From assembly GCA_965208325.1 (NCBI GenBank), contig OZ242326.1, positions 480,001 to 544,000 on the forward strand: DNA of 64,000 nt. The letters run 5' to 3'. The notes below the pieces were generated by a model that saw nothing but the letters and a program-made list of their open reading frames with translations, ran no database searches and was not told the origin of the DNA. Shown one piece after another: positions 1-9,444 of the stretch. Origin of the DNA: Candidatus Poribacteria bacterium. Its GTDB lineage: Bacteria > Poribacteria > WGA-4E > PCPOR2b. Numbering within the stretch: position 1 is the first letter of the stretch; the number at the start of each line of letters is the position of its first letter. Both the position numbers and the translations under genes were made by a program.

Positions 1-1491
1 TCAATGCTGGCAGGCGTTCATGATAACACGAGAAGCCGGGCGATTGCAGCGCTTGAGAAAGAGCTCGACCCTGACGGGTTGAACCCGCTCACCAACCGCC
101 GCTATGCGGTGCGCTTCGTGCTCGCGGGCGCAGCGCCGCAGGTGTTGAATGAAGCGGCGAAAACTGCGGACGACGCAATCGCGCAGCTTGAAGACTGGAG
201 GTGCCTTTCGCCATTTGCGGACCTAGAGGGGGCAATCGCATTCGCTGCGGAGCTTGGAGGACCGAAAACACTCATCCTTGTTCTGACGGACGTACCCCCT
301 TCGCGCACGCTTGAGGGGGAGCGCATCCAGTGGTGGAGTTTCGGAACCCCGCAACCGAACGCTGCGATTGTCAATGCCGCCCGAACTTCCGCGGAATCGG
401 GCGAACGGTGCCTGTTTGAAGTTACGAATCTCTCGCCGAATGTGATGGTAAGGGAGTTTATCGTAAGGGCAGATGAGCCTGCCGTGCAACGACCTTCGTC
501 GCCGCTGCACCGTTCGACCCTCGAACTTGAACCGATGGCGACGCACCGGATTGTCCTAAACCTTCGGCCTGAGACGCCGCGGTTGCGAGCGCAAATTGGC
601 GATGATGCGCTTGCCATTGATAACGAAGTTTTACTCTTGCCGCAACGCCGAAAGCCGGTACGCGTTGATGTCCGTATTCGAAACCGGCAGATGCGTTCGT
701 TGGTTGAAAATGCACTGGTGTCGACGGATAGAAGTATACCGGTAAAAGCCCGGCCAGAGTTGGTGTTTCTTGATGATTCAACGGAATCCGATATCTCGCC
801 AGGGGCGTGGTATATGTATATCATCAGCGAATCGGACGCGTCTGCTTATCTCGGTCCTTTTGTCGTCGATCAGCGGCACCCATTGACTGAAGGGCTGTCG
901 TTCAGCGGTGTCGTATGGGGCGCCGGTAGGACTGAAGCATTTATGGGGTACCCGATCATCACCGCCGGAAACGTCCCGCTATTGACCGACACTCAACGAT
1001 TCACGGGCAGCCACGAACTCCGATTACGCCTCCGCCCGGACCTGTCTACGCTTCAGCGTTCACCGAACTGGCCGGCATTGATATGGAATCTCCTCCAATG
1101 GCGCGCTTCCAAGACGCCCGGACTAAACCGCGCCAACCTTCGGCTAGGTGAAACAGCAGCGCTGGCCACGGCGTTAGGAACGGAATCTGTGCAGGTTGTT
1201 TCCCCAGACGGTGCCATAAGAGAGCAAGCCGTAGTAGACCGGACGATAAACGTCAAGACAGAGTCCGTCGGTATCTATGAGATGCATACTGATGCAGGCA
1301 GATATACGTTCGCGTCTAACGCGCTTTACCAAGAAGAGTCAGATCTTACAAATAAAGCGGGCGGGCGGTGGAGCGATTGGGGCGACGAAACCTTGCACTG
1401 GTGGGGTTACCACAGTTTTGCATTGTTCTTCCTATTGCTCGCGATGGGCATTTTAACGCTCCACCTGATTCTCGCCAAACGCGAAGCCTAA
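1..1491 (+). CDS. BatA/vWA-type membrane-anchored protein, 5'-truncated by the window edge
   Basis: The frame is open from base 1 (SMLAG, resembling the end of a MIDAS DxSxSM). It also shows 'ILVLTD', 'NAAIV', 'DDALAIDN', 'SPNWPALIWNLLQW', 'FASN..EESDL' and a C-terminal TM helix, as in BatA/vWA proteins of MoxR operons. Confidence 0.6.
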   Translation, partial: SMLAGVHDNTRSRAIAALEKELDPDGLNPLTNRRYAVRFVLAGAAPQVLNEAAKTADDAIAQLEDWRCLSPFADLEGAIAFAAELGGPKTLILVLTDVPPSRTLEGERIQWWSFGTPQPNAAIVNAARTSAESGERCLFEVTNLSPNVMVREFIVRADEPAVQRPSSPLHRSTLELEPMATHRIVLNLRPETPRLRAQIGDDALAIDNEVLLLPQRRKPVRVDVRIRNRQMRSLVENALVSTDRSIPVKARPELVFLDDSTESDISPGAWYMYIISESDASAYLGPFVVDQRHPLTEGLSFSGVVWGAGRTEAFMGYPIITAGNVPLLTDTQRFTGSHELRLRLRPDLSTLQRSPNWPALIWNLLQWRASKTPGLNRANLRLGETAALATALGTESVQVVSPDGAIREQAVVDRTINVKTESVGIYEMHTDAGRYTFASNALYQEESDLTNKAGGRWSDWGDETLHWWGYHSFALFFLLLAMGILTLHLILAKREA

Positions 1492-1956
1492 TACACCGCT
1501 TCCGTTGTAACCTCAATCACGCCAAGCCTCTAGTCCATCCAATTGATGTTTACACATGTTTCGGCTGCTGCAGTGTCCAACGGAATCTGCGGTCTGAATC
1601 AACACCGGTTCAGTTAGGAAATCGCACCCGCCGCGGTGTACAAATAGTTTACGGTCTTGCCATAAAACCGTGTACATTGACATTCTGATTCATACAGCTC
1701 CTACTCACTCCCATTTCCCAACTTTCAGACTGAAGGCTAAATCGACACTCGTCTGAACATACTGCGTTGGACTACACCCTCCTGTTGAAGAATTTCCCGG
1801 CGATGCACCCCGCACAGCAGGTTAATATCCCGTCATTTTCCACCGGTTTTTGAAACCGCATACCTACCACTGCGTAGACGATTACCACAGGACACAAGCA
1901 GGGCTAAGGTTAGGTTTAACCGTAAAAAACCCAAGGATAAACTGTGCGAGGGGTGT

Positions 1957-2910
1957 ATGGAAATTCATCGCCATTTCAGTGTTCGCTGTTGCAAAGGCAA
2001 ACTCTGGATAAGATCGCTTATTTTGTTAGGCTTAATCACCTTAGGTCTAAGTTGTTCAGAAACTGAAGATGTTAATCGGCCGTTTACGGAAGATGCCCTT
2101 GAGCCTATTGATGCTGAAAATGAAAATGGCGGCATTGCGGCTACATTCCGCTTAGCGACTTGGAATATCCGAATCTTCAGTGACAACAGTCGAAGCGACG
2201 AAGAGTTGCAACTTATCGCCAATGTGTTGGTAGATTACGATTTTATTGCTATCGTTGAGTTGCGTGATGAAAACGTGTTAAAACGCACAGTGAGTATGCT
2301 GGAACTTATGGGTAAGGATTACGATTACGTAATGAGCCGTAAGGTTGGCGGAAAAGTAAAGGAACGCTATGCCTTCTTGTTCGATCAACAGATTGTAGAC
2401 GTTGTTGAGGACGGCATGGTATTTCCCGATCCGAATGACGCTTTTTTCCGCGAGCCGTATTTCGCTTCTTTTAAGGCGGGTGAATTTGACTTTACCGCAA
2501 TTGCCGTACATGTAATCTGGGGTAATTCCGTTGCCAAACGCAGGAGTGAAGTTCAAGAATTAGCCGACGTGTATCAGACGGTGCAGGACATAAATGGCGC
2601 AGAGCAGGATGTGATTCTGCTGGGCGATTTCAACCGTAACCCAGATGACCGAATAGCTTATCAGCCGTTGTTGCAAATTACTGGGATGTTACATCTGTTC
2701 ACCCTGCCTCAAAAATCCCACATCAAAGACTCAAGCTTATATGACAACATCTTTTTCCAATCGATACATGTTACCGAATACAACAACGAGAGCGGCGTTG
2801 ACCGTTTTGATGAAACGGACTTTGGAAATAACGACCGAGCGGCATCTCTTGCAGTAAGCGACCATCGACCGTTATGGTGCGAGTTTCGGATTGACAGAGA
2901 TGACGATTAA
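1957..2910 (+). CDS. DNase I-like endonuclease/exonuclease/phosphatase (EEP) family lipoprotein
   Basis: EEP/DNase I motifs LATWNIRIF, IAIVELRD, ERYAFLF, FFREPY, VILLGDFN, YDNIF, VSDHRPL; lipobox LGLSC after a hydrophobic stretch. Confidence 0.85.
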   Translation: MEIHRHFSVRCCKGKLWIRSLILLGLITLGLSCSETEDVNRPFTEDALEPIDAENENGGIAATFRLATWNIRIFSDNSRSDEELQLIANVLVDYDFIAIVELRDENVLKRTVSMLELMGKDYDYVMSRKVGGKVKERYAFLFDQQIVDVVEDGMVFPDPNDAFFREPYFASFKAGEFDFTAIAVHVIWGNSVAKRRSEVQELADVYQTVQDINGAEQDVILLGDFNRNPDDRIAYQPLLQITGMLHLFTLPQKSHIKDSSLYDNIFFQSIHVTEYNNESGVDRFDETDFGNNDRAASLAVSDHRPLWCEFRIDRDDD

Positions 2911-2979
2911 TTCATCCAAAAACAGCTATGCGAAGACGGGAAACCAGCTTCCCAAATGGAGATAAAATATAAGCCTTGA

Positions 2980-3004
2980 GAACCTTTTGCCATTGTTAAT
3001 CGCC
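2980..3004 (+). promoter_or_regulatory. Candidate ECF-type (autoregulatory) promoter
   Basis: GAACC-N16-CGCC just upstream of the ECF gene RBS; resembles generic ECF AAC/CGT promoters. Confidence 0.3.
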
Positions 3005-3033
3005 TTTTACTATTGATAAAGGAGGTGGGCGCA

Positions 3034-4401
3034 GTGGAAAATTTTGATAATGCGACGCTGGCTCGCTTAAGTGCACTGGGCAGTGAATGCGCGTTCGGTG
3101 AGCTAATCCGACGGCATGAACGGCAGTTGGCGGCTCTAATCCAATATCAACTTGGAAATCGAGACGACGCTGAAGATGTGCTGCAGGAGACATTAATGCA
3201 GGCGTGGGTTGGGATTCGCCATCTACGCGAACCGAAAACCGTCGGGAGGTGGTTGCTTCGGATTGCTCGGAATCGTTGTTACGACTTTCTTAAATCCGCC
3301 CAGCGGCGAGACCAGCCGATGGAAGACGGGGAGTTAACCCAGTTTATAGACCGTTTCGGTCATAGGCAGTTTCGGCGGACGCATCTTTTCAATGACGCGG
3401 TCGCAGCTTTAGAGGAAATCCCAAAAACCGAGCGAAAAGCCGCGCAACTCTTTTACTTGGAGGGATTTACCATTGCCGAAATCGCCGCACGCAGCCGCTG
3501 CGCCGAGGGGACGGTTAAGCGGCGCCTGTTTCAGGCACGGGCTCGCCTCCGTCAATCCTTTGGCGTTTCTAATAAAAGGAGGAAAATTCAGATGCAGACA
3601 CGTAAACCGAGAACCAAAAAGCAACCATTTCCGGTTCGCCGACCGGAAGTTGTCATCACCCAGATTAACACCGAGCCGTTCTCGGTGGATTGTCCCGAAC
3701 TCCGATGTTGGTTCATCGTGCCCAAAATCGGCGAGCGTTCCTTGTATGCGAACTATGATCCGATGGATTGGAAACTCACGGAAGTGTATGAGTTACAAGT
3801 GGTCAGGCAGAGCCGTGTGCATGATATGGATGGGGTTGAGATTGACGTCCACCTATGGATCTCTCAAACCGGCTGGATGCCGTCAACGTGGCAAATGTAC
3901 GGTAGGCTGGCCGAAGAAAGAGTTGAGTATTTGGCGGTGTCGCAACTTTCCGATGGCACTAGGATTTTGTACACCTTTCTTGACAAAGATTTCGACTTCG
4001 ACTGGGGCGGGATGCCTCGCCGGCTGGAAGACAAAGGCCGTTTCGAATCACAAGCGGACGGTTCGTTAAAACAGGTACATGGCGTAGACAACGTAGAAGC
4101 CAGCGGCGCTGGTTTATTTTCCGTCGCAGTCGGCGAACGACGCTTTTCCTGTCTCCGAATTATTGAACTGGACGTACCTGTCGAAAAGATAGGACGTGAC
4201 TTTTCAATAACCGAAAGCTACATTACGGAGGTAGGGCGCACCGTATTGGTCCGGCATTTCTGTCACCCTGAGAGGACAATGTATAATGACCAAGGGATTT
4301 GTGAAAGGGTTATCCTTGATAAAGATGTGCAAATTGTAGTTGATGGCGTCACTTTTGTTCACTGGTATGACAGCATTTCAAATTTGGCGTTTGGATTTTA
4401 A
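3034..4401 (+). CDS. ECF sigma-70 factor with ~270-aa C-terminal extension
   Basis: Region 2 DAEDVLQETLMQAW and WLLRIARNRCYD; region 4 LFYLEGFTIAEIA..GTVKRRLFQAR. Start moved to GTG 3034, which follows AAGGAGG at 3019-3025. Confidence 0.9.
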   Translation: MENFDNATLARLSALGSECAFGELIRRHERQLAALIQYQLGNRDDAEDVLQETLMQAWVGIRHLREPKTVGRWLLRIARNRCYDFLKSAQRRDQPMEDGELTQFIDRFGHRQFRRTHLFNDAVAALEEIPKTERKAAQLFYLEGFTIAEIAARSRCAEGTVKRRLFQARARLRQSFGVSNKRRKIQMQTRKPRTKKQPFPVRRPEVVITQINTEPFSVDCPELRCWFIVPKIGERSLYANYDPMDWKLTEVYELQVVRQSRVHDMDGVEIDVHLWISQTGWMPSTWQMYGRLAEERVEYLAVSQLSDGTRILYTFLDKDFDFDWGGMPRRLEDKGRFESQADGSLKQVHGVDNVEASGAGLFSVAVGERRFSCLRIIELDVPVEKIGRDFSITESYITEVGRTVLVRHFCHPERTMYNDQGICERVILDKDVQIVVDGVTFVHWYDSISNLAFGF

Positions 4402-5226
4402 AATATTCCGATCGCCAGACGATGCCGCTGATATACAATTTTCATAAAGGTTAGGCCTTAGGCAGTTCAGTTAGTAGCAGCGCAATTTATTGCGCGTCCG
4501 GCAGGGCGTTCACTTCCTTGACCTGACATATTTTTTAGTGAAAACGGGAAGTAAAGAGCAATCTCTATCGCCTTCGCTATTCGCTCAGTTGCTCCCTACT
4601 ACGTACCTTTGGACGTTTAACCGCGTAAGTCCTAATTGTTCTAATGGAATGCACACGCCTCGAAAAAATGTCTCTTTTTCACGGAAATCCCGTGAAAAGT
4701 GCATCCAAAACTGTGTATTAGTAATAGCTAACGAAATGTCTTTCCGACGCCTCGCCGAGTCGGTAACTGCCACAATCAACGTTCAGTTGCGATTCAGCGA
4801 TTGTGAGCAACTCGGTGCAAACGGTTAATTTTAAACCACGTTGAAGAGCAGAAAGGAGGCGCCCGGTATGAAAAAAGTTGTGTTTCCAATTCGCCAATTT
4901 GATTCAATCGACACGGTATTCAGCGGGGGAGCCTCTGATTTCCGTCCCTCTCTCCACGCGGACGTTGGATGGGTTGCGGCATAGTTCACCGCACGTTGTA
5001 TGGAGCAGAAGCCTATCCGCCCAGCACTTCTTCTCGGGATTTTTTGCCATTCCGTATTCATCAATATACGTTTGGCAGTTCAGCAACCAGGACCGTATCG
5101 GTGCAATCCCTCCCTTTGAAGTTCCCGGTTTACGCGGCGAATTCCTGCATGAAAAGGATAAAGTTTACCTTGTTGCTAATGCGATAAATGGCTAGCCGCG
5201 TCAGCATTTTGGTGTTGTTACTTGAC

Positions 5227-5255
5227 TTGAGGGCGTTTTGTGCGTGTGGTATAAT
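5227..5255 (+). promoter_or_regulatory. Sigma70 promoter for the giant propeller locus
   Basis: TTGAGG (5227-5232), 17 nt, TATAAT (5250-5255), with extended -10 TG at 5247-5248. Confidence 0.65.
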
Positions 5256-5352
5256 GTCGGATTTAGGAAACGTAAATGATTAGTAGCGGGGACCAGTTTT
5301 GGGCGTCGCTGCGTGATTCCAGTATGAATCAGAAGTCGGGAGGGGAAGCCCC

Positions 5353-8300
5353 GTGAGTATTTCAGGAGCAAAGCTGACATTAGACTGCCGTTGGTTCTTC
5401 GTTATCTTATCGCTATTCGGATGCGCCGGTACCTCGACTGACTATATACCGGAGGTAACGAAAAAGGATCTGCCTTGGAATGCAACCGCGCTTTTGAGCG
5501 ATCGGGTTAACGCGGTCGCAGCAGATGCCGAACATGTATGGGTCGCCACTGACAAAGGGGTCAATCGTTTCAATAAGCGTGAGAACACGTGGATAGGCTA
5601 TACTGTGGAAGATGGGCTGGCGAACAACAAAGTGTCCAGCGCAGCGATTGACGGAGATGTCGTTTGGTTTGGAACAGAGTCCGGCATTTCAAAATATCAG
5701 CCAAATAACGATAAATGGACAACCTACAACCGTGACGACGGTCTGCCGAGTAACCGCGTGTTGGCAATAGGTGTGGATGGAGTTTATATTTGGTTTGGCA
5801 CGGCTAAGGGTTTGTGCCGGTATAACAAAGCCATTGACGTGTGGGCGCTTCGCACCGTTGACGATGGCGGGTTGACCAGCAACCAAATTTCCGATATTGC
5901 AGTGGAGGACGAATATGTATGGTTTGCGACGGACGAGGGAGTTTCACGGTACGATAAAAAAATTGATTCGTGGACGCAATTGACCAAAAGTGAAGGTTTG
6001 GCGGACGAGAAAGTCACTACCATCGCAATTGAGGATGAATTTACTTGGTTCGGCACGAAAAATGCCGGTGTCAGCTTATACAGCAACGCTGAGCAGGCGT
6101 TTGTAAAGACATATACGCGAAACGACTTGCTTGAAACCGACAAGATTAATTACATCTTGGTCGACGGATTGTATGTCTGGATCGGAACAGCAAATGAAGG
6201 TGTTCAAAGATTCATCAAACCCGCCAATACGTGGATTCACTACAGCACAGAAGATGGGCTGCCGTCGTCAAACATAACGGCGATGGCTGTCGATGGCAAG
6301 TATATCTGGTTCGGTACGTATGAGGACGGACTGGCGCGATTCGACAAGATTAGTGGGCTTTGGAGCGCTGTCAAGAGAGAAGAAGGCTTAGTGAGCGATG
6401 ACGTGAAATCAATTGTTGAGCAGAATGGCAAGCTTTGGATTGGCACTGCGATGGGGCTAAGTCAATTTGACTTGCAATCTAGGCAGTGGAAAACCTTCAC
6501 CAAGGGGCAAGGACTTACAACGAATTACATCACACGCGTTGTCGCCGACGATGACGTAATCTGGGTGGGCACATCCAAGGGGGTGGGGCGGCATCAGAAC
6601 GGACGGTGGAAATTCTGGCAGCGGCAACACGGACTCCCCAGTGATTTTGTCGTGGATGTAGCGGTAGATAATCAATTGGTTTGGGTCGGTACACGCAATG
6701 GTCTATGTCGATTTGACGCTAAGAACGACAGGTGGCATACCTTCCATAGTCTAAAGAATACCTGGATAAATTCCGTCGTTGTTGATGGCGGTATGTTGTG
6801 GCTTGCGACGAACCGAGGATTAGCTCAATTATCAGACGCGAATAACAGCGATCCAACGGAGGTACAAATCGATTTTTATTCATCGCATTGTGCGGATTAC
6901 GCCAACATAGTCTTGGTGGTGGACGGTGCCGTCTGGATCGGCACACGGAATGGACTTACGAGATATGGGAAACACAAGAATAGTTGGCGCCATTTTACTG
7001 TTGAAGATGGACTTCCGAATAATAACGTCAGGACGCTGGCTGTAACGGAAAACGCGCTTTGGATCGGTACGCCGAGTGGGCTAGCCACATTACCTCGAAA
7101 TGGGTGGAACGCTTATTCGGAGTTGGGCTCGAGTGGATGGCAGCATTTCAACCTGACGCAGCCCGGGGCGGAGATGGGGCACGAAAATGTCCGGGACATC
7201 TGTGTCGTGGATGGTCAGGTCTGGCTGGCTACAATCGGCGGCTTGGGTGTGTACTCTCTCCAAAACAGCACGTGGAAAGCAATTCGTGCAACGGAACGAA
7301 CGACTGTTCTGCGTCATGGCGATGTCCACCACACTGCGCTTGATGGCTATTGGGTATGGTTTCTGTCATGGCCCAACACTTCCAACGGAGGAATAGTGCG
7401 GTATGACAAACGCACAAGAACTTGGGGTCATTTCATGAAAGAAGATGTGACGCCAATCGGACGAAACGGAGAGACGCGGTATATCAGCCAAATCAATTGG
7501 ATGGAGGTAACCGCTGATAGTGTATGGTTTGCGACCGATGGCGGTGTACTGGCTTATCACAAAATTTCGGACACGTGGCGGCACTACACGACTGAAGACG
7601 GGTTAGCGGCGGATAAAACGACAACGCTGACGGTTGATGGAAATGACGTATGGGTCGTTTTGAGGGATAACCGCATCTGCCGCTATCATCGAAATACGAA
7701 CGTATGGGATACGCATCAGGTGGTTCTTAAGGAAATTGCGCCGGGAATGGAATCGTTCCGTACGCGGATTTCGGCGGACAACCGGTATGTGTGGGCGCCG
7801 GCTCAGCGGGAAGGTGTGGCGCGTTTCGACAAGGTAAACCAATCGTGGCGCAGATACACATCGGCAGACGGCTTGTCGAGTGGAACAATCGCATTCACAG
7901 CAGTGGACAATAATGATGTTTGGGCTTACGGTGGAGCTAGCGGTTTAAGCAAGTACGACGAAAACACTGATAGCTGGCGTGTCATTGACGACAAAAAGGG
8001 TTTAGCTTCTAACCGGGTTCGTGAAGTCATTTCCGGCGAGGATTTTATGTGGGTGTTGTATGACCGCAGGTCGTGGGAAGAAGACGACTATGCGCCGGCA
8101 AGTGGACTGCACCGTGCCAATCAGACGTGGCAGCGATTTCGAGGGCACACGGACAACGTCGGCAACAATTTTACAGATGTGCAGGAAATGCGTGAAGTGG
8201 TGTGGTTTGGCAGTAATAATCACGGTGTCAGCCGATACGACAAGGCATCATCCTCATGGACTGTGTTCACGGAAGAAGACGGGTTGCTTAACAACCGCGT

Positions 8301-9357
8301 GATCTATCCATCCCTGAAGATTGATGGCAATTTTCTCTGGATGGGCGGTGGCAGCGGTATCAGCCGCTACGAGCTGCGCGATGATAGCTGGACCGTCTTT
8401 ACAGGGCGTGCATCCTTGCCGTCAGATGTTGTTCGCGCCGTGGCTGTCGATTCTCGTTACGTTTATTGCGGGACCGATCGGGGCGCAACCCGGTACGATA
8501 AGCGGTATGACCGATGGCTAGAAGGACAGATTATAGGAGACCCAGTAAACGCGCTCGCTGTCGATGAAAAATTCGTATGGATCGCGAGCGCAAAAGGGGT
8601 GATTCGGTTCGACAAGTCGGCGCATTTGACGGACTATCACGCTGAAGAAAACGGTCTAGCTGATACATTTGCTAAAGTGGCTGACGCCGCGGGCCGTACA
8701 TTGTGGATCGGCACTGAGAAGGGGGTGAGCAAATACAACACGCTTTCGGATGACCCGAACGCCTGGGAGACTTTTTCTCAGGCCGATGATGTAGACATTT
8801 TGCAATTAACTCAGAAATACGCCAACAGCCTTGTATACAACCGTGTTACCAGTATAGCTGTTGGCAATCGTTACGTCTGGGTAGGTACAGAAAGAGGCGC
8901 CAGCAGCTATGACATGAAGAAAGGTACATGGGAAACGTATACGAAGCATGATGGATTGCATCATAACGAAGTGAGCAGTATTTGTATTGACGGCGATAAG
9001 GTGTGGTTTGGAGTATCCGGGGGAGTCAGCAAGTTGGATATTCGGACAGAAGAATGGAGCGCATTCTTACCATCTGACGGATTAGCAAGTGGTCACGTTA
9101 CCTGTATCGCAGCGAGCGATGATTTCGTATGGTTCGGAACGTTTGAATCGGGCGTGTCTAGACACCACAAGGCAACTGCGACGTGGAGAAACTACACGCA
9201 GAGGGATGGGCTTAGCCACGATCGCGTTTTCGACATCGCTGCGGAAGAGGATTTCATCTGGGTGGGTACTGAGCGCGGATTAAGCCGGTATGACACGATG
9301 ACGGACACCTGGACAATCTTTACGAAGCACTTTGACAGAGAAGATGATAGGAGATGA
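5353..9357 (+). CDS. Giant multi-beta-propeller lipoprotein (Reg_prop-like repeats), paralogue 1
   Basis: Lipobox SLFGC; 29 xW(V/F/I)(G/A)T..G blade motifs, many separated by 'DGLxxNxV' linkers; no TM, kinase or Y_Y_Y domain. Confidence 0.85.
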   Translation: MSISGAKLTLDCRWFFVILSLFGCAGTSTDYIPEVTKKDLPWNATALLSDRVNAVAADAEHVWVATDKGVNRFNKRENTWIGYTVEDGLANNKVSSAAIDGDVVWFGTESGISKYQPNNDKWTTYNRDDGLPSNRVLAIGVDGVYIWFGTAKGLCRYNKAIDVWALRTVDDGGLTSNQISDIAVEDEYVWFATDEGVSRYDKKIDSWTQLTKSEGLADEKVTTIAIEDEFTWFGTKNAGVSLYSNAEQAFVKTYTRNDLLETDKINYILVDGLYVWIGTANEGVQRFIKPANTWIHYSTEDGLPSSNITAMAVDGKYIWFGTYEDGLARFDKISGLWSAVKREEGLVSDDVKSIVEQNGKLWIGTAMGLSQFDLQSRQWKTFTKGQGLTTNYITRVVADDDVIWVGTSKGVGRHQNGRWKFWQRQHGLPSDFVVDVAVDNQLVWVGTRNGLCRFDAKNDRWHTFHSLKNTWINSVVVDGGMLWLATNRGLAQLSDANNSDPTEVQIDFYSSHCADYANIVLVVDGAVWIGTRNGLTRYGKHKNSWRHFTVEDGLPNNNVRTLAVTENALWIGTPSGLATLPRNGWNAYSELGSSGWQHFNLTQPGAEMGHENVRDICVVDGQVWLATIGGLGVYSLQNSTWKAIRATERTTVLRHGDVHHTALDGYWVWFLSWPNTSNGGIVRYDKRTRTWGHFMKEDVTPIGRNGETRYISQINWMEVTADSVWFATDGGVLAYHKISDTWRHYTTEDGLAADKTTTLTVDGNDVWVVLRDNRICRYHRNTNVWDTHQVVLKEIAPGMESFRTRISADNRYVWAPAQREGVARFDKVNQSWRRYTSADGLSSGTIAFTAVDNNDVWAYGGASGLSKYDENTDSWRVIDDKKGLASNRVREVISGEDFMWVLYDRRSWEEDDYAPASGLHRANQTWQRFRGHTDNVGNNFTDVQEMREVVWFGSNNHGVSRYDKASSSWTVFTEEDGLLNNRVIYPSLKIDGNFLWMGGGSGISRYELRDDSWTVFTGRASLPSDVVRAVAVDSRYVYCGTDRGATRYDKRYDRWLEGQIIGDPVNALAVDEKFVWIASAKGVIRFDKSAHLTDYHAEENGLADTFAKVADAAGRTLWIGTEKGVSKYNTLSDDPNAWETFSQADDVDILQLTQKYANSLVYNRVTSIAVGNRYVWVGTERGASSYDMKKGTWETYTKHDGLHHNEVSSICIDGDKVWFGVSGGVSKLDIRTEEWSAFLPSDGLASGHVTCIAASDDFVWFGTFESGVSRHHKATATWRNYTQRDGLSHDRVFDIAAEEDFIWVGTERGLSRYDTMTDTWTIFTKHFDREDDRR

Positions 9358-9444
9358 ATCGAACAGAGGGTGTGCAATCCAGTTGCTATGCTTTTTTCCT
9401 CAATTATTCGGACGAATGGTTAAGAAGGCGAAGGGAATTTAGTT

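Noticed and set aside
1492..1956. Possible ncRNA or small gene in the 465-bp intergenic region
   Set aside because: Only short hairpins (for example TTCAGAC/GTCTGAA); no recognisable RNA family or RBS-led ORF.
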